From contig JBDHJU010000011.1 of assembly GCA_039586755.1 (NCBI GenBank), positions 14,412 to 78,411 of the forward strand: 64,000 nt of DNA. Direction: 5' to 3'. Within the stretch, counting starts at the first letter, position 1; every line of letters begins with the position of its first letter. Under the pieces are notes generated by a model. The model saw only the letters and a program-made list of their open reading frames with translations. It was not told where the DNA came from and did not search any database. The translations under genes and the position numbers were made by a program. Origin of the DNA: Gemmatimonadota bacterium. Lineage in GTDB: Bacteria; Gemmatimonadota; Gemmatimonadetes; Palauibacterales; KS3-K002. This document shows, one piece after another, positions 47,798 to 58,147 of this stretch.

Positions 47798-49495
47798 ATG
47801 CGCGACGCAGTCACAGCATTCGCCTCGGTCCTGATCGCCTGGGCCGCCATTGGGGCGGCTCCGGGCTTTGCGCAGCAGGCGGAACTAGATAGTGGCGCAA
47901 TCACGCCGCGCGTCGACAGCGTCTTCGCCGAGTACGACCGAACCGATTCGCCGGGCTGCGCGCTGGGCGTGATCCGGGACGGCGAGCTGATCTACGCGCG
48001 CGGCTACGGGATGGCGAACCTCGATCTCGGCGTCGCGATAACGCCGGCCAGTGTCTTCCGCATTGGGTCGACGTCGAAGCAGTTCACGGCTGCGGCCGTC
48101 GTGCTGGCGGCGCAGAACGGAGAACTATCGCTCGAAGACGATATCCGGAAGCATCTGCCCGAGATGCCCGACTACGGTAGGACGATCACGATCCGTGACC
48201 TGCTGCATCACACGAGCGGCATTCGCGACTACATTGGACTTATGTATTTGTCGGGTCTCCGCGAAGACGACTGGTTCACCGACGGTGAAGTCGTGGCGAT
48301 GGTGGCGCGGCAGCAGGCGACCAACTTCGAACCGGGCTCGGAGCATCTGTACAGCAACTCCGGCTACTTCCTGATATCGCAGATAGTCAAGCGAGCCACC
48401 GGGATGTCGCTTCGCGAGTACGCGCAGGAGCACATCTTCCGGCCGCTGGGGATGACCCACACACACTTCCACGACGACCACAAAGAGATCGTCGCGGAGC
48501 GCGCCAGCGGCTACGCGCCGGCACGTGGCGGCGGCTTCCGTATCAGCATGACGACCCTCGACATGGTGGGCGACGGCGGCGTTTTCACGACGGTCGAGGA
48601 CTTGCTACTCTGGGACGGTAACTTCTACGAGCCGCGCGTGGGTGGCGACGAGTTGGTGCAGACGATGCTCCAACGTGGCGTCCTCACGGGCGGCGACACG
48701 CTGAGCTACGCGCTGGGGCTGGGGCACGCGATGTATCGAGGATTGCCCACTGTGCGACACGGGGGAGCGTGGGTGGGGTTCCGGGCGCAGATGATTCGCT
48801 TCCCGGAGCAGCGCTTCTCGGTTATCTGCCTGTGCAATCTGGCCGCGGCGAACCCGACGGAGCTGGCTGAGCAGGTGGCCGACGTCTACTTGGCTGACCT
48901 GCTGGAGCCCGAGCAGGCGGGCCCAGCCACGGCGGCCACATCGCCCGACGATCCGCCCATCGAGCTGGCTCGGGATGAGCTGGCCCGCTGGGTAGGCCTG
49001 TACAGGCGACTCGATGGCGACAGCTATCTGCAGTTGGAGATGCGTGAGGACAAGCTGACGTTGGCCGCAGATGCCGGCTACGAGCTCGTGCCACTGGCCG
49101 AGGATCGTTTCCGACTCGCCGGCATCCCGGTTCAGATCCACTTCGCCGTAACCGAAGACGGGTCCCGCATGACGGTGGTCCAGCGGGGCGGCAGGCGTGC
49201 CTACGATCTCGTGGAAGCGGCGAAGTACAGTGCGGCGGAGCTCGCTGCGTTTGCCGGTACGTTTCACAGCGAGGAGCTCGACTCGAGCTATCGGATCTAT
49301 ATAGCGGAAGGTGAGCTCAAGGTGCTGCGGGGCCGAGGCGACCCGGAAACGCTCCGACCCACGGTGGCGGATGAGTTCATGCTGGCAGGTGCTCGCGTGA
49401 CGTTCGAGCGCGACGTTCGCGGCCGGGCTGGAAGCTTCGTCCTCAACGCGGGTCGTGTCAGAGGCATCCGTTTCGTGCGGATTGACGGGGAGTGA
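47798..49495 (+). CDS. Secreted class-C-type beta-lactamase-family serine hydrolase with a C-terminal extra domain
   Basis: Signal peptide. SxxK = IGSTSKQF. YxN = YSNSGY. HxG-like downstream. Confidence 0.7.
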   Translation: MRDAVTAFASVLIAWAAIGAAPGFAQQAELDSGAITPRVDSVFAEYDRTDSPGCALGVIRDGELIYARGYGMANLDLGVAITPASVFRIGSTSKQFTAAAVVLAAQNGELSLEDDIRKHLPEMPDYGRTITIRDLLHHTSGIRDYIGLMYLSGLREDDWFTDGEVVAMVARQQATNFEPGSEHLYSNSGYFLISQIVKRATGMSLREYAQEHIFRPLGMTHTHFHDDHKEIVAERASGYAPARGGGFRISMTTLDMVGDGGVFTTVEDLLLWDGNFYEPRVGGDELVQTMLQRGVLTGGDTLSYALGLGHAMYRGLPTVRHGGAWVGFRAQMIRFPEQRFSVICLCNLAAANPTELAEQVADVYLADLLEPEQAGPATAATSPDDPPIELARDELARWVGLYRRLDGDSYLQLEMREDKLTLAADAGYELVPLAEDRFRLAGIPVQIHFAVTEDGSRMTVVQRGGRRAYDLVEAAKYSAAELAAFAGTFHSEELDSSYRIYIAEGELKVLRGRGDPETLRPTVADEFMLAGARVTFERDVRGRAGSFVLNAGRVRGIRFVRIDGE

Positions 49496-49577
49496 GGTTG
49501 TGGCGGGTACTATCGGCTGTCAGGAGCCTCTCGACTGTCGCGCCTAAGGTGCACTGTCGAAATTCGGAGGAAGCCCC

Positions 49578-50588
49578 ATGTCCCGTCGGAGAATCGACGG
49601 CATAGAGTGGTACGTGGATGGAAAGGCTGAGGAACGCGGTGAGCCCGGCATCTACCACTCTTACATGGCGAGCCTGGCGACGGCCATCAACCACGTCGCC
49701 GGATCGCTCGACCCTGCGTGGCTGATGGGGAGCAGCGGCTTCGCGTTTAGGAGCTTCGTGAACGAGGTCTTCTGTCCCAGCGCGATGAGCATCTTCAAAT
49801 GGGCGGACGTCCTGCCGGAGGCGATGGAGCAGGCGGGCTATGAGTGCAGATACATAAGTCGTATGTGGGATGACGGCCAGGTGGAGGAGCAGAGGAGGGA
49901 GGAGGCTCACGCCGCGATAGTCGAGGGGGTCGGCCGGGGCGTTCCCGCTATCGTCTGGGACGTCGCCGACGTGGAGTGGGGACTGATAGTCGGGTACGAC
50001 GACGACGGCGAGTCGTACGATGTGCTTTCGTATGTGGGCAAGCCGTCATCGCTTCCCTATGCCAGGTTGGGGAAGAACGGCATCGATGTTCTCTCGGTGG
50101 CTATCCCGGTAGACCCGAATCGCAGGAGTCGCGAAGAGGTCGTACTCAACTCGCTAAGGGTCGCCATCGCCCACGCCGACGGGGAGGAATGGACCGAGCG
50201 GCCCAAGTACCAGAACGGTTTCGCCGGACTCGACCTGTGGGCGACGATCTACAACCGCTGGGCATTACTGGTCGGCGCCGGCAAAGGCGAGAAGCTATCT
50301 CTGGACCTGGTCGACTGGGCCGCTTACTACGCCGGGCATCACTATTCGGCCCGCTGCTACGCCCGGGATTACCTGGAGGCCGTCGCCGGTGAGAGCGAGC
50401 CTTTGCGGCAGGCGTCGTCGTCGTTCGCGGCGGTCGCTTGCCACCTGCGGCCGGTCTGGGAACACGCCTGCGAGAAGCGCCCCCCCGAAAGCGTCGTTCT
50501 GTCTTCCCTGGCGGATCATATAAGAGACGCGCTGCTCTCCGAGGTGCGGGCGATCGATTACATCAGGGAGCACGTGGAAGATCGCTAG
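49578..50588 (+). CDS. Hypothetical protein (336 aa); family not recognised with confidence
   Basis: Good GGAGGAAG RBS, high third-position GC, no TM. Confidence 0.3.
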   Translation: MSRRRIDGIEWYVDGKAEERGEPGIYHSYMASLATAINHVAGSLDPAWLMGSSGFAFRSFVNEVFCPSAMSIFKWADVLPEAMEQAGYECRYISRMWDDGQVEEQRREEAHAAIVEGVGRGVPAIVWDVADVEWGLIVGYDDDGESYDVLSYVGKPSSLPYARLGKNGIDVLSVAIPVDPNRRSREEVVLNSLRVAIAHADGEEWTERPKYQNGFAGLDLWATIYNRWALLVGAGKGEKLSLDLVDWAAYYAGHHYSARCYARDYLEAVAGESEPLRQASSSFAAVACHLRPVWEHACEKRPPESVVLSSLADHIRDALLSEVRAIDYIREHVEDR

Positions 50589-53287
50589 AGGCTCAGCCAG
50601 TAGTTGACCTTCACCAGGACCGTGTTCTGGGCCGGATCGTCGAACAGCCTGTCGAACTCCTTCAGGCCCCGGAACGTGGGGTCACTCAACCAATTGAAGC
50701 GGTCGTGGTTCCAGACCAGGAAGAGCGTCGAGCCGGGCATGTACTCCCAACGCAGTACCAGGTTGGTGCGAAGCGAACGGGTGGAGAAATCCGGGTTGAA
50801 GAAGGTAAACGGCTCGGCCGGACCGTCGCCGTCCGGGTCCACCGTGTAGGTGTTGGATTCGTCGTCCAACGAGATCATCGAGCCACCATCCACCCCGTAG
50901 ACAAGGTGGTTGAACGTACCGGGCTCGGCCAGCTCCTTGAAGCCCATGTAGTCGCCGCTGGCGATGAACGGTTGTGCCCAGAGCTGCAGCGACAGGTTGG
51001 GCGTGACCGCCAAGTCCATCCGCACGGTAAGGTCGAAACTGGTCTGAACGAGCTCGCTAAACACGTAACGCCCGCCGAACGTTGCCGTAGCGAGAGAATC
51101 CTGTCGCTGCGTGACGTAGAAGCCCATCGAATGTGACTTTTCGAAGCCGGGCGAAAGGGTGAGGTTGAGCGATCCGGTCGGCCGGATCCGGATGGTTACG
51201 CCGCTACCGAGGCCCCAGCCGCCGTATTCGTTTCCGGCGTAGTACGTGAAGAGGCCGAGCGAAACGGGTTTGCGACTGTCGGTACTGACGAAGACTTCGC
51301 CGTTCCAAACCTGCGGCCTCTCCCTCAGTGGACCGCCTCGGGTCGCTTTGTCGTCCTGCGCTCTGAAGCTGTAGCTAGCCCCGACGTTGAAGTCCCAGTA
51401 GTTGAGGAACTGCCCCCCGACGCCGATGTACGGCGTGCGGCCCAGAGCTGCACCGCCGAAGTTCCACGATTGCGCGAAGGTCGCATTTATGCGAAAGTTG
51501 CGGAAGACTTTCCCGGGATCGAGCCAGCGTCGCTGCAGACGCAATCCCCAGAAGACACGGTCGACGACGCTTTCGAACCCGGCATCGTTGATCTCGAATC
51601 CCGGCGAGTAGGCGAAGAAGTCCGTCGCGTAGGTCCAGTTGCCGCTTACCTTGCCCGCCTGCAGCGAGGTGGCGTAACCCGACAGGCCCGTTGCCGTCGT
51701 GTCGACCGAGACGTAGTCCTGGTCGGGCCGCTGGTAATAGCGAGCCGACGAGCGCTGCGTGCCAGTAATCGCCAGCTGGTCACCCCGGATGTGCGACGCG
51801 GCAAACGAGCCATTCACCACGAACTGGTCGTTGCTGAAGCGGTGGAAGAAGTCGACCCCGCCCGAAAAGGCAGAGGAGCGCAGGTAGTTGAAGTCGGGGT
51901 CGTTGATATCGCGCAGCACGCTCGTACCGAGCAGACCGATACCGCTGGCGCCGTCGCGAAAATCCCTCCTGAGGCTGAGTACGGCATAGTTGGCCAGCGG
52001 TTCGACCTGGGTGGAGCTTCGGGTCCCGTCCTCGGCGAAAAGCTGCGCGTATTCCCGCGAGGTCAGCGCGTCCATCGCGCCGATCGACCAACGGCCCGTC
52101 TTACCCGAAACTTTGGCTGCTCCGATGACTTTGGTGGCAGTCGGGTAATCGACGTACCCTCCCGGCTCGAAAACTGCGCGGGTGGGACTGCGGCCGACGC
52201 GGCGCGAGTAGAACAGCTGTGGCGCTCCAAAGACGAAGCCGCCGCTGCCGGCGCCGAACTGGAAGAGGTCCGCCCCCTCGACGAAGAAGGGTCGACGCTC
52301 CTGGAAGTAAGTCTCGAAGGCGCTCAGGTTGACGACCGCCGGGTCCGCCTCGACCTGACCGAAGTCGGGGTTGACCGTGGCATCGAGCGTTAGGCCGCTG
52401 GTGACGCCGTACTTCAGGTCGAAGCCGGCGGAGAGGTCGTAATTGCCGCCCTGGGTGAAGGGGTTGTCCGGATCGATGCCTTCCTTGTAGTCGGCCGTGC
52501 CGACGGTGTACGGCAACAGCTCCAGCCGGCGCGGCGCCGGGATATCCCGCAGTCCGACAAGATGCCCGAAGTTGGACGCGTAGCCCTGCTCGGTGTTGGG
52601 TACCCAGCTCCAGCGGACTCTCTCGTTCTTGCGGAAGATCCTCCGCGCGATGTTGATTCCCCATACCTGCTCTTCGCCGCCTGGGAAACGGAGCTGTGAG
52701 AAGGGAATCTGCATCTCCACGACCCAGCCCAACGAATCCACCTGCGCCGCCACGGCCCACACCGGCTCCCAGGAATCATCGCCGTGCATATCGTCGTTCG
52801 TGGCCACTTCATCGTTCCGCACGCCGGCCGGGTTGACCGAGAAGCGAAAGGCTGTGCGGTGATCATGATACGAGTCGATGATGACCCAAAACTCATCACT
52901 CGACGTGTGGGTGTCGCGCCTGCCGAGGCGTCGGACGATCGCCTCGGGCGCGCTGTCGTACAGCCGGGCACCGATGTAGAGAGCGCTCCCGTCGTAGACG
53001 ATGCAGACTTCGGTGCGCTCGCTCGGCGCCGTCCCGTCCTCCGGCTCGACCTGGGTGAAGTCCGAGACGATCATGGCGCCCTGCCACGCCGCGTCGTCCA
53101 GCCGCCCGTCCAGGTCGGGCGCCTGGTCCACGTAGGTTGCGGTGATCTGCGGCGGCACACGCCCGTCCCCGTGCGTCAGCATCGACGCCAGGGCCTGGCT
53201 GGTGGTCTCGGTCTGTGGTGCTGCCGCCTGAATAGCGAGCGCGAAAGCGAGTATGATCATGGTGCACGGTGTGTAGGGTGCCACCAA
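50585..53287 (-). CDS. DUF5916 / CBM9-like domain outer-membrane-associated protein, paralog (900 aa)
   Basis: PDLDGRLDDAAWQGAMIVSDFTQVEPEDGTAPSERTEV...YIGARLYD parallels the N-domain of the 39246 gene. The C-terminus ends in aromatic-rich YWLSL. Confidence 0.55.
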   Translation of the reverse strand: MVAPYTPCTMIILAFALAIQAAAPQTETTSQALASMLTHGDGRVPPQITATYVDQAPDLDGRLDDAAWQGAMIVSDFTQVEPEDGTAPSERTEVCIVYDGSALYIGARLYDSAPEAIVRRLGRRDTHTSSDEFWVIIDSYHDHRTAFRFSVNPAGVRNDEVATNDDMHGDDSWEPVWAVAAQVDSLGWVVEMQIPFSQLRFPGGEEQVWGINIARRIFRKNERVRWSWVPNTEQGYASNFGHLVGLRDIPAPRRLELLPYTVGTADYKEGIDPDNPFTQGGNYDLSAGFDLKYGVTSGLTLDATVNPDFGQVEADPAVVNLSAFETYFQERRPFFVEGADLFQFGAGSGGFVFGAPQLFYSRRVGRSPTRAVFEPGGYVDYPTATKVIGAAKVSGKTGRWSIGAMDALTSREYAQLFAEDGTRSSTQVEPLANYAVLSLRRDFRDGASGIGLLGTSVLRDINDPDFNYLRSSAFSGGVDFFHRFSNDQFVVNGSFAASHIRGDQLAITGTQRSSARYYQRPDQDYVSVDTTATGLSGYATSLQAGKVSGNWTYATDFFAYSPGFEINDAGFESVVDRVFWGLRLQRRWLDPGKVFRNFRINATFAQSWNFGGAALGRTPYIGVGGQFLNYWDFNVGASYSFRAQDDKATRGGPLRERPQVWNGEVFVSTDSRKPVSLGLFTYYAGNEYGGWGLGSGVTIRIRPTGSLNLTLSPGFEKSHSMGFYVTQRQDSLATATFGGRYVFSELVQTSFDLTVRMDLAVTPNLSLQLWAQPFIASGDYMGFKELAEPGTFNHLVYGVDGGSMISLDDESNTYTVDPDGDGPAEPFTFFNPDFSTRSLRTNLVLRWEYMPGSTLFLVWNHDRFNWLSDPTFRGLKEFDRLFDDPAQNTVLVKVNYWLSL

Positions 53288-53423
53288 ACCTTAGATGCCA
53301 GTTGCCTTCAGATGGTTGCGGGCGGAAACCACTGCCGCGACCGGCGAGCGTCATCGTATTAGATGTACGATGAGTGACGAAGGTTGCCGGAGGTCTTTTC
53401 GACATCGAGCAGCCCACAGCCGA

Positions 53424-53548
53424 CCGCCGATTGTCGGCTTCTCTTCAACGACCGACGAACGACGACCCACCCTCGACGTCGAACGTCGCGAGTGGGGCGT
53501 CGTTCGTCGAAAACCGGCTGAAGAATCGGCTGTCGAATGTCGGTTTTC
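53424..53548. other. Highly structured intergenic segment. It has a near-perfect 18-bp-stem hairpin (53453-53509) plus a second 8-bp-stem hairpin (53507-53548), rich in TCGA/CGAC repeats. Candidate terminator or structured RNA downstream of the VWA gene.
   Basis: CGACGAACGACGACCCAC...GTGGGGCGTCGTTCGTCG; GAAAACCG...CGGTTTTC. Confidence 0.4.
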
Positions 53549-53563
53549 TTACTGTACCCGCAA

Positions 53564-55232
53564 CTAGTAAGTCGCCTGTGCCAGAAGTTCCATCGAGTTG
53601 ACCGCCTCGACCAACCTGACGAACTCGGCTCTGTAGCCTTGCGAATCGTCGCCGGTCGCGGCGCGGGCCACTTCAAGGACATCGGCCAGCGTCCAATCGT
53701 CGCCGCAGTACTCGGACTCTCTGAGGATCATCCCGAACCCGGCCACCGCGGCGGCGAAACGCATATCGACGGACGGGTCGTCGGACGAGTCGAGCACCGG
53801 ATGGTGGATGAGCCGGCTCTCGTCTCCGTCGGGCTCCTTGTAGCGGAGCTTGACGAACATGAGCTCGGGCGAGTCCGAGGTCGAAGTCGTCGCAGCCGGC
53901 GTCTGGTAGCGCAGCGAATCGACGCCGCGGATCCCGTACGGACTGTCGATGCCGACTGGGATCAACTCGTAGAGGGCGGTCACCGAGTGACCGGCGCCCA
54001 GCTCGCCGGCGTCCTTCGTGTCGTCGTTGAAATCCTCGTTCGCCAGCAGACGGTTTTCGTAGCCGATCAGGCGGTAGGCCGCCACCCGGCTCGGGTTGAA
54101 CTCGACCTGGATCTTCACGTCTTTGGCGATTGTGAGCAGCGTGCCGCCCATCTCGGTCACCAGCACCTTACGAGCTTCCATCAGGTTGTCGATGTAGGCG
54201 AAGTTGCCATTCCCGTGATCTGCCAGCTGCTCCATCTTCGAGTCCTTCAGGTTGCCCGTACCGAAGCCGAGCACGGTGAGGAAGGTACCCTGCTCGCGCT
54301 TCTCCTCGATGAGACGGACCATCGCGGCGTCGCTCGAAGCGCCCACGTTGAAGTCGCCGTCTGTCGCCAGGATTACGCGGTTGTTTCCACCGTCGATGTG
54401 GTTCTCGTGCGCGATCCTGTAGGCGAGGATGATCCCCTCGCCGCCTGCGGTCGAGCCGCCGGCCTCGAGCGCCTCGATGGCGCTGAGGATCGTGTCCTTC
54501 TCATCGCCTGGCGTCGACGGGAGCACGAGGCCGGCGGCGCCGGCGTAGACCACTATGGCGACCCGGTCCTCAGGACGAAGCTCGTTCACCAGCATCCGGA
54601 ACGATGCCTTCAACAGCGGCAGTTTGTCCGGCGATTGCATCGAGCCCGAAACGTCGAGCAGGAAGACGAGGTTGCTGGGCGGCAGGTTTTCCGTATCGAC
54701 CCTCTCTCCCTGAATGCCTATGCGCACCAGCTTGTGAAGCGGGTTCCAGGGCGCGTCCGTCAGCTCGGTGGTGATCGAGAACGGGTGCTCGCCGTCGGGG
54801 TCGGGGTAGTCGTAGTGGAAGTAATTGATCAGCTCTTCGATGCGCACGGCGTCGATGGGCGGCCGCTGACCGTGGTTGATGAACCGCCGCACGTTGCTGT
54901 ACGACGCTCGGTCGACGTCGATGGAGAAGGTCGACAGCGGGTTGACCGCCGCGCTGAGAAACATGTTCTCGACGATCCGAGCGTACGACTCGGTATTGAA
55001 GTTGGGGTCGTAGCGGCCCTGTAGCTCGTAGCTCACGCCGCCTACTGCGTCGGCGGCGGCCTTGCCGCGCTCCCTCAACTCGGTGGCCGAGATCGGCACG
55101 GCCTGCGGCGTGACAACTGCGGGATCCTGCTCGCCCTCATCCGTCCGCGCCTCTTGCTTGAGGGCGGTCGCCGTGCAGGCGTATACGCCCAGTACGAAAA
55201 GGGCAATCAGTGTGGTCGGTCGGTGGTTCATG
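53564..55232 (-). CDS. von Willebrand factor type A domain protein, YfbK-like (signal peptide, VIT-like N-domain, VWA with MIDAS)
   Basis: MNHRPTTLIALFVLGVYACTATA. MIDAS LVFLLDVSGSM...ATDGDFNVG. C-terminal DUF3520-like region. Confidence 0.7.
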
Positions 55233-55417
55233 ATTATCGCTCCCTCTCTAGCCCGGGCCGGGCCCGGTGCAATTTGGCTCAGGTCCTCCTTCCAAGAAGG
55301 GAGACGATCTAGGCCCCGGGGCTTGCACACCTCAGCCCCGGCCCCTCTGGTTCGTGAATCGGTGGGCCCGCATACTGCGTAGTGTATCCCATAGCCAAAT
55401 ACCGTCCGGAGGGCGTT

Positions 55418-56608
55418 ATGAAACGACCACCCGAATCTCAGGAGCGGGAGATCAGTCGCAGGGACTTCGTGCGCCTGTCGGCTATGGTGGTGGGGAGCGC
55501 CGCGGTGGGGGGGTGCGGAGGCACCCCCAGCTCGCAGGGGCCGACCACACCGGATCCAGAGATCCCGGTGGAGCCGACGGCGAGCGTGGCGGCGGCTCGT
55601 GGCACCGACCTTTACAGCATGACCCGTGAGGTGCTGGAGCGGGTCGGCGGGATCGAAAGCGTCGTCCACGAAGGCGAGACGGTGTTCATCAAGCCCAACA
55701 TGGTGACCTTCCCCTGGGCATCGAATGGCAGTGTCTTCCACAACGGAGAATGCACGAAACCGGAGATCCTCATCGCCACGGCCGAGGAGTGCCTGAGGGT
55801 GGGTGCGTCCGAGGTCGTCATCGGCGACGGCTCACAAATAGCGTCTTTCGACTGGGAAGAGGCGACGACCCTGGACGGCTCGACGAACCTGGTCGCCGAG
55901 GCGGCGCGCTTGAGCTCGGAGTACGCCGGTAACTGCAGGGTGGCATGCCTCGAAGTCGATTCGCCGGAGTGGGACGAGGTCCCCTCTAGCACTTACCTGG
56001 GGACGATCGCGACGTCCAGCCTCGTAACCCGAGCCGATCGCGTAATCACGGTACCCGTCGCCAAGACTCATTGTTGGGCCCAGCTGACTCTGGGGCTGAA
56101 GAATTTCGTCGGCGTCACGTCGCTGGCGCGCTACGCGGGAACCGCCAACGATCGCGGTGTTGTGTTCGATCACAGCAGCACTCGGTCGATCGCCGAGATC
56201 TATCTCGATGTCGTGCGCGGTGCGCAGGTAGACCTCTCGATCATCGACTTCTCCATCGGGGTCGAGGGCGATGGCCCGACCACGGGCCATGGCGGCCGGA
56301 CGGTGGACATGAGGAACCGGCTCGGTTCATGGCTCTTGCTCGCCAGTACCGATGTGGTGGCGGCCGACGCGATGGCGGCCCAGGTCATGAACCACAACCC
56401 CCACTCGATAACGCAGCTGCCCATGGCGAGGTCGCTGGGTTTGGGCGAGTATCGTCCGGACTACATCGAGCTCGTCGGCGCGGACCTCGACGATCTGCGC
56501 GTCACCTGGGCGCCGGCCGTACTCAGGAACCGGATCGCCAGTTGTCCCTTCTCGGGCCCGCACTTCGCGGCCCGGCCTCGCAACAGAACCACTGGGCACG
56601 CGGTCTAG
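55418..56608 (+). CDS. DUF362 family protein with Tat signal peptide
   Basis: SRRDFVRLSAMVVGSAAVGG twin-arginine motif. ...VFIKPNMV...VGVTSLAR... is DUF362-like. Confidence 0.5.
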   Translation: MKRPPESQEREISRRDFVRLSAMVVGSAAVGGCGGTPSSQGPTTPDPEIPVEPTASVAAARGTDLYSMTREVLERVGGIESVVHEGETVFIKPNMVTFPWASNGSVFHNGECTKPEILIATAEECLRVGASEVVIGDGSQIASFDWEEATTLDGSTNLVAEAARLSSEYAGNCRVACLEVDSPEWDEVPSSTYLGTIATSSLVTRADRVITVPVAKTHCWAQLTLGLKNFVGVTSLARYAGTANDRGVVFDHSSTRSIAEIYLDVVRGAQVDLSIIDFSIGVEGDGPTTGHGGRTVDMRNRLGSWLLLASTDVVAADAMAAQVMNHNPHSITQLPMARSLGLGEYRPDYIELVGADLDDLRVTWAPAVLRNRIASCPFSGPHFAARPRNRTTGHAV

Positions 56609-56644
56609 GGTGACCGCGTGCCAGTGCCAGATCGGAGGACGCAG

Positions 56645-58120
56645 ATGATTCGCAAGTCTCTCGTAGGTCTCATTCTCACTCTCCTTTCAGCTCAAACCGC
56701 GCAGGCGCAGCAGCCTGGGGAAATCAGCTATCACGATGAGTCGGTGATGCCCACCGGGCTCATCGGCGAAAGGATAAGCTCGGTTATCAGCACCTTGAAC
56801 GCCGGCGATCCGGCCGCTGTACGCAGTTTCATAGAGGAGGAGTGCAGCGAGCGGTTCGCGAACTTCGCGCCGATGGAGGAGCATGTCAGCGTATTCCTCG
56901 GCATACGGCGCCAGACGGGCGGTGTGGACTTTCACAGCATTCGCACCTACGTGCCGGAACGAGTCGGTGAGACGGTCGTCATCCTCAAGGACCGCAACTT
57001 CGGCGCCTGGCGCGCTTTCACCCTGAGGCTCGACGACGCCGGCCGCGTGGCCGGACTCGGCTTCAACAATGCCCGTACTCCCTCGAACGTCGATGAGCCA
57101 CCGCTCGGCGAGTCGCAGGTCGTCGAGATAATCGAGGAAACGGTCGAGCGAATCTGCGCAAATGATGTGTTCTCCGGCACGGTGCTGCTCGCCAAGGATG
57201 ATGAAATCCTCTTCTCGCACGCCTGCGGCGAGGCCAGCAAGCGTTTTCACGCACCGAACAACATCGACACGAGGTTCAACATCGGATCGATGAACAAGAT
57301 GTTCACGGCGACGGCGATAGCGCAGCTGGTCGAGCGCGGCGAACTGTCGTACGACGAAACCATCGATAAGTACGTCGACGAATCGTGGCTACCTCGGGAA
57401 ATCACGAGCAAGATCACGATTCACCATCTGCTGTCCCACACCTCGGGGCTCGGCAACTATTTCAACGAGACCTACGCGACCGGATCTCGGCAGTTGTACC
57501 GGAGCGTGGACGATTTCAAGCCGCTAGTGCAGGGTGACGAACCGGCGTTCGAGCCTGGCGAACGGTACCGCTACAGCAACACGGGGATGTTGCTACTGGG
57601 TGTCGTGATCGAGAGCGCCACCGGCGGCAGCTACTTCGATTACATCCGCCAGCACATCTACGAACCCGCCGGCATGGAGGGCTCCGACAGTTACGAGATG
57701 GACTACCCCGTCGAGAACTTGGCGATCGGGTACGATCCGAATCCTGGGGGCGAGTACGGCTGGAAGAACAACCTCTACATGCACGTCATCAAAGGTGGCC
57801 CGGCGGGCGGCGGGTTCTCGACCGTCGGGGACTTGCACCGCTTCGCCCGGGCGCTGGTGACGGGCAAGCTCGTTTCGCAGGGCTCGTTGGACGTCATGTG
57901 GACCGCCAAGTCGGATGCGGGATACGGCTACGGGTTCGGCACTCGGGTGGGGCCGAAGGGTAGGGTCGTCGGACACGGTGGTGGCTTTGCCGGAATTAAC
58001 GGCGATCTCGAGATCTTCGTCGACGCCGGATATGTCGTCGCCGTCCTCTCCAACTACAGCAACGGGGCCAGCCCGCTATCCGGGAGGATCCAAGATCTCA
58101 TCGGACGGGTGCAGCCGTGA
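56645..58120 (+). CDS. Secreted beta-lactamase-family (class C-like) serine hydrolase with an N-terminal accessory domain
   Basis: Signal peptide MIRKSLVGLILTLLSAQTAQA. SxxK = GSMNKMF. YxN = YSNTGM. HGG-type C-terminal motif GHGGGFAG. Confidence 0.7.
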   Translation: MIRKSLVGLILTLLSAQTAQAQQPGEISYHDESVMPTGLIGERISSVISTLNAGDPAAVRSFIEEECSERFANFAPMEEHVSVFLGIRRQTGGVDFHSIRTYVPERVGETVVILKDRNFGAWRAFTLRLDDAGRVAGLGFNNARTPSNVDEPPLGESQVVEIIEETVERICANDVFSGTVLLAKDDEILFSHACGEASKRFHAPNNIDTRFNIGSMNKMFTATAIAQLVERGELSYDETIDKYVDESWLPREITSKITIHHLLSHTSGLGNYFNETYATGSRQLYRSVDDFKPLVQGDEPAFEPGERYRYSNTGMLLLGVVIESATGGSYFDYIRQHIYEPAGMEGSDSYEMDYPVENLAIGYDPNPGGEYGWKNNLYMHVIKGGPAGGGFSTVGDLHRFARALVTGKLVSQGSLDVMWTAKSDAGYGYGFGTRVGPKGRVVGHGGGFAGINGDLEIFVDAGYVVAVLSNYSNGASPLSGRIQDLIGRVQP

Positions 58121-58147
58121 GTGTGGTAAGCTAGGGCGCGGCGGCGG

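Noticed and set aside
53537-55024. 495-aa plus-strand ORF
   Set aside because: Entirely antisense to the well-supported VWA (YfbK-like) gene. It is Arg/Val/Gly-rich low-complexity sequence with no motifs.
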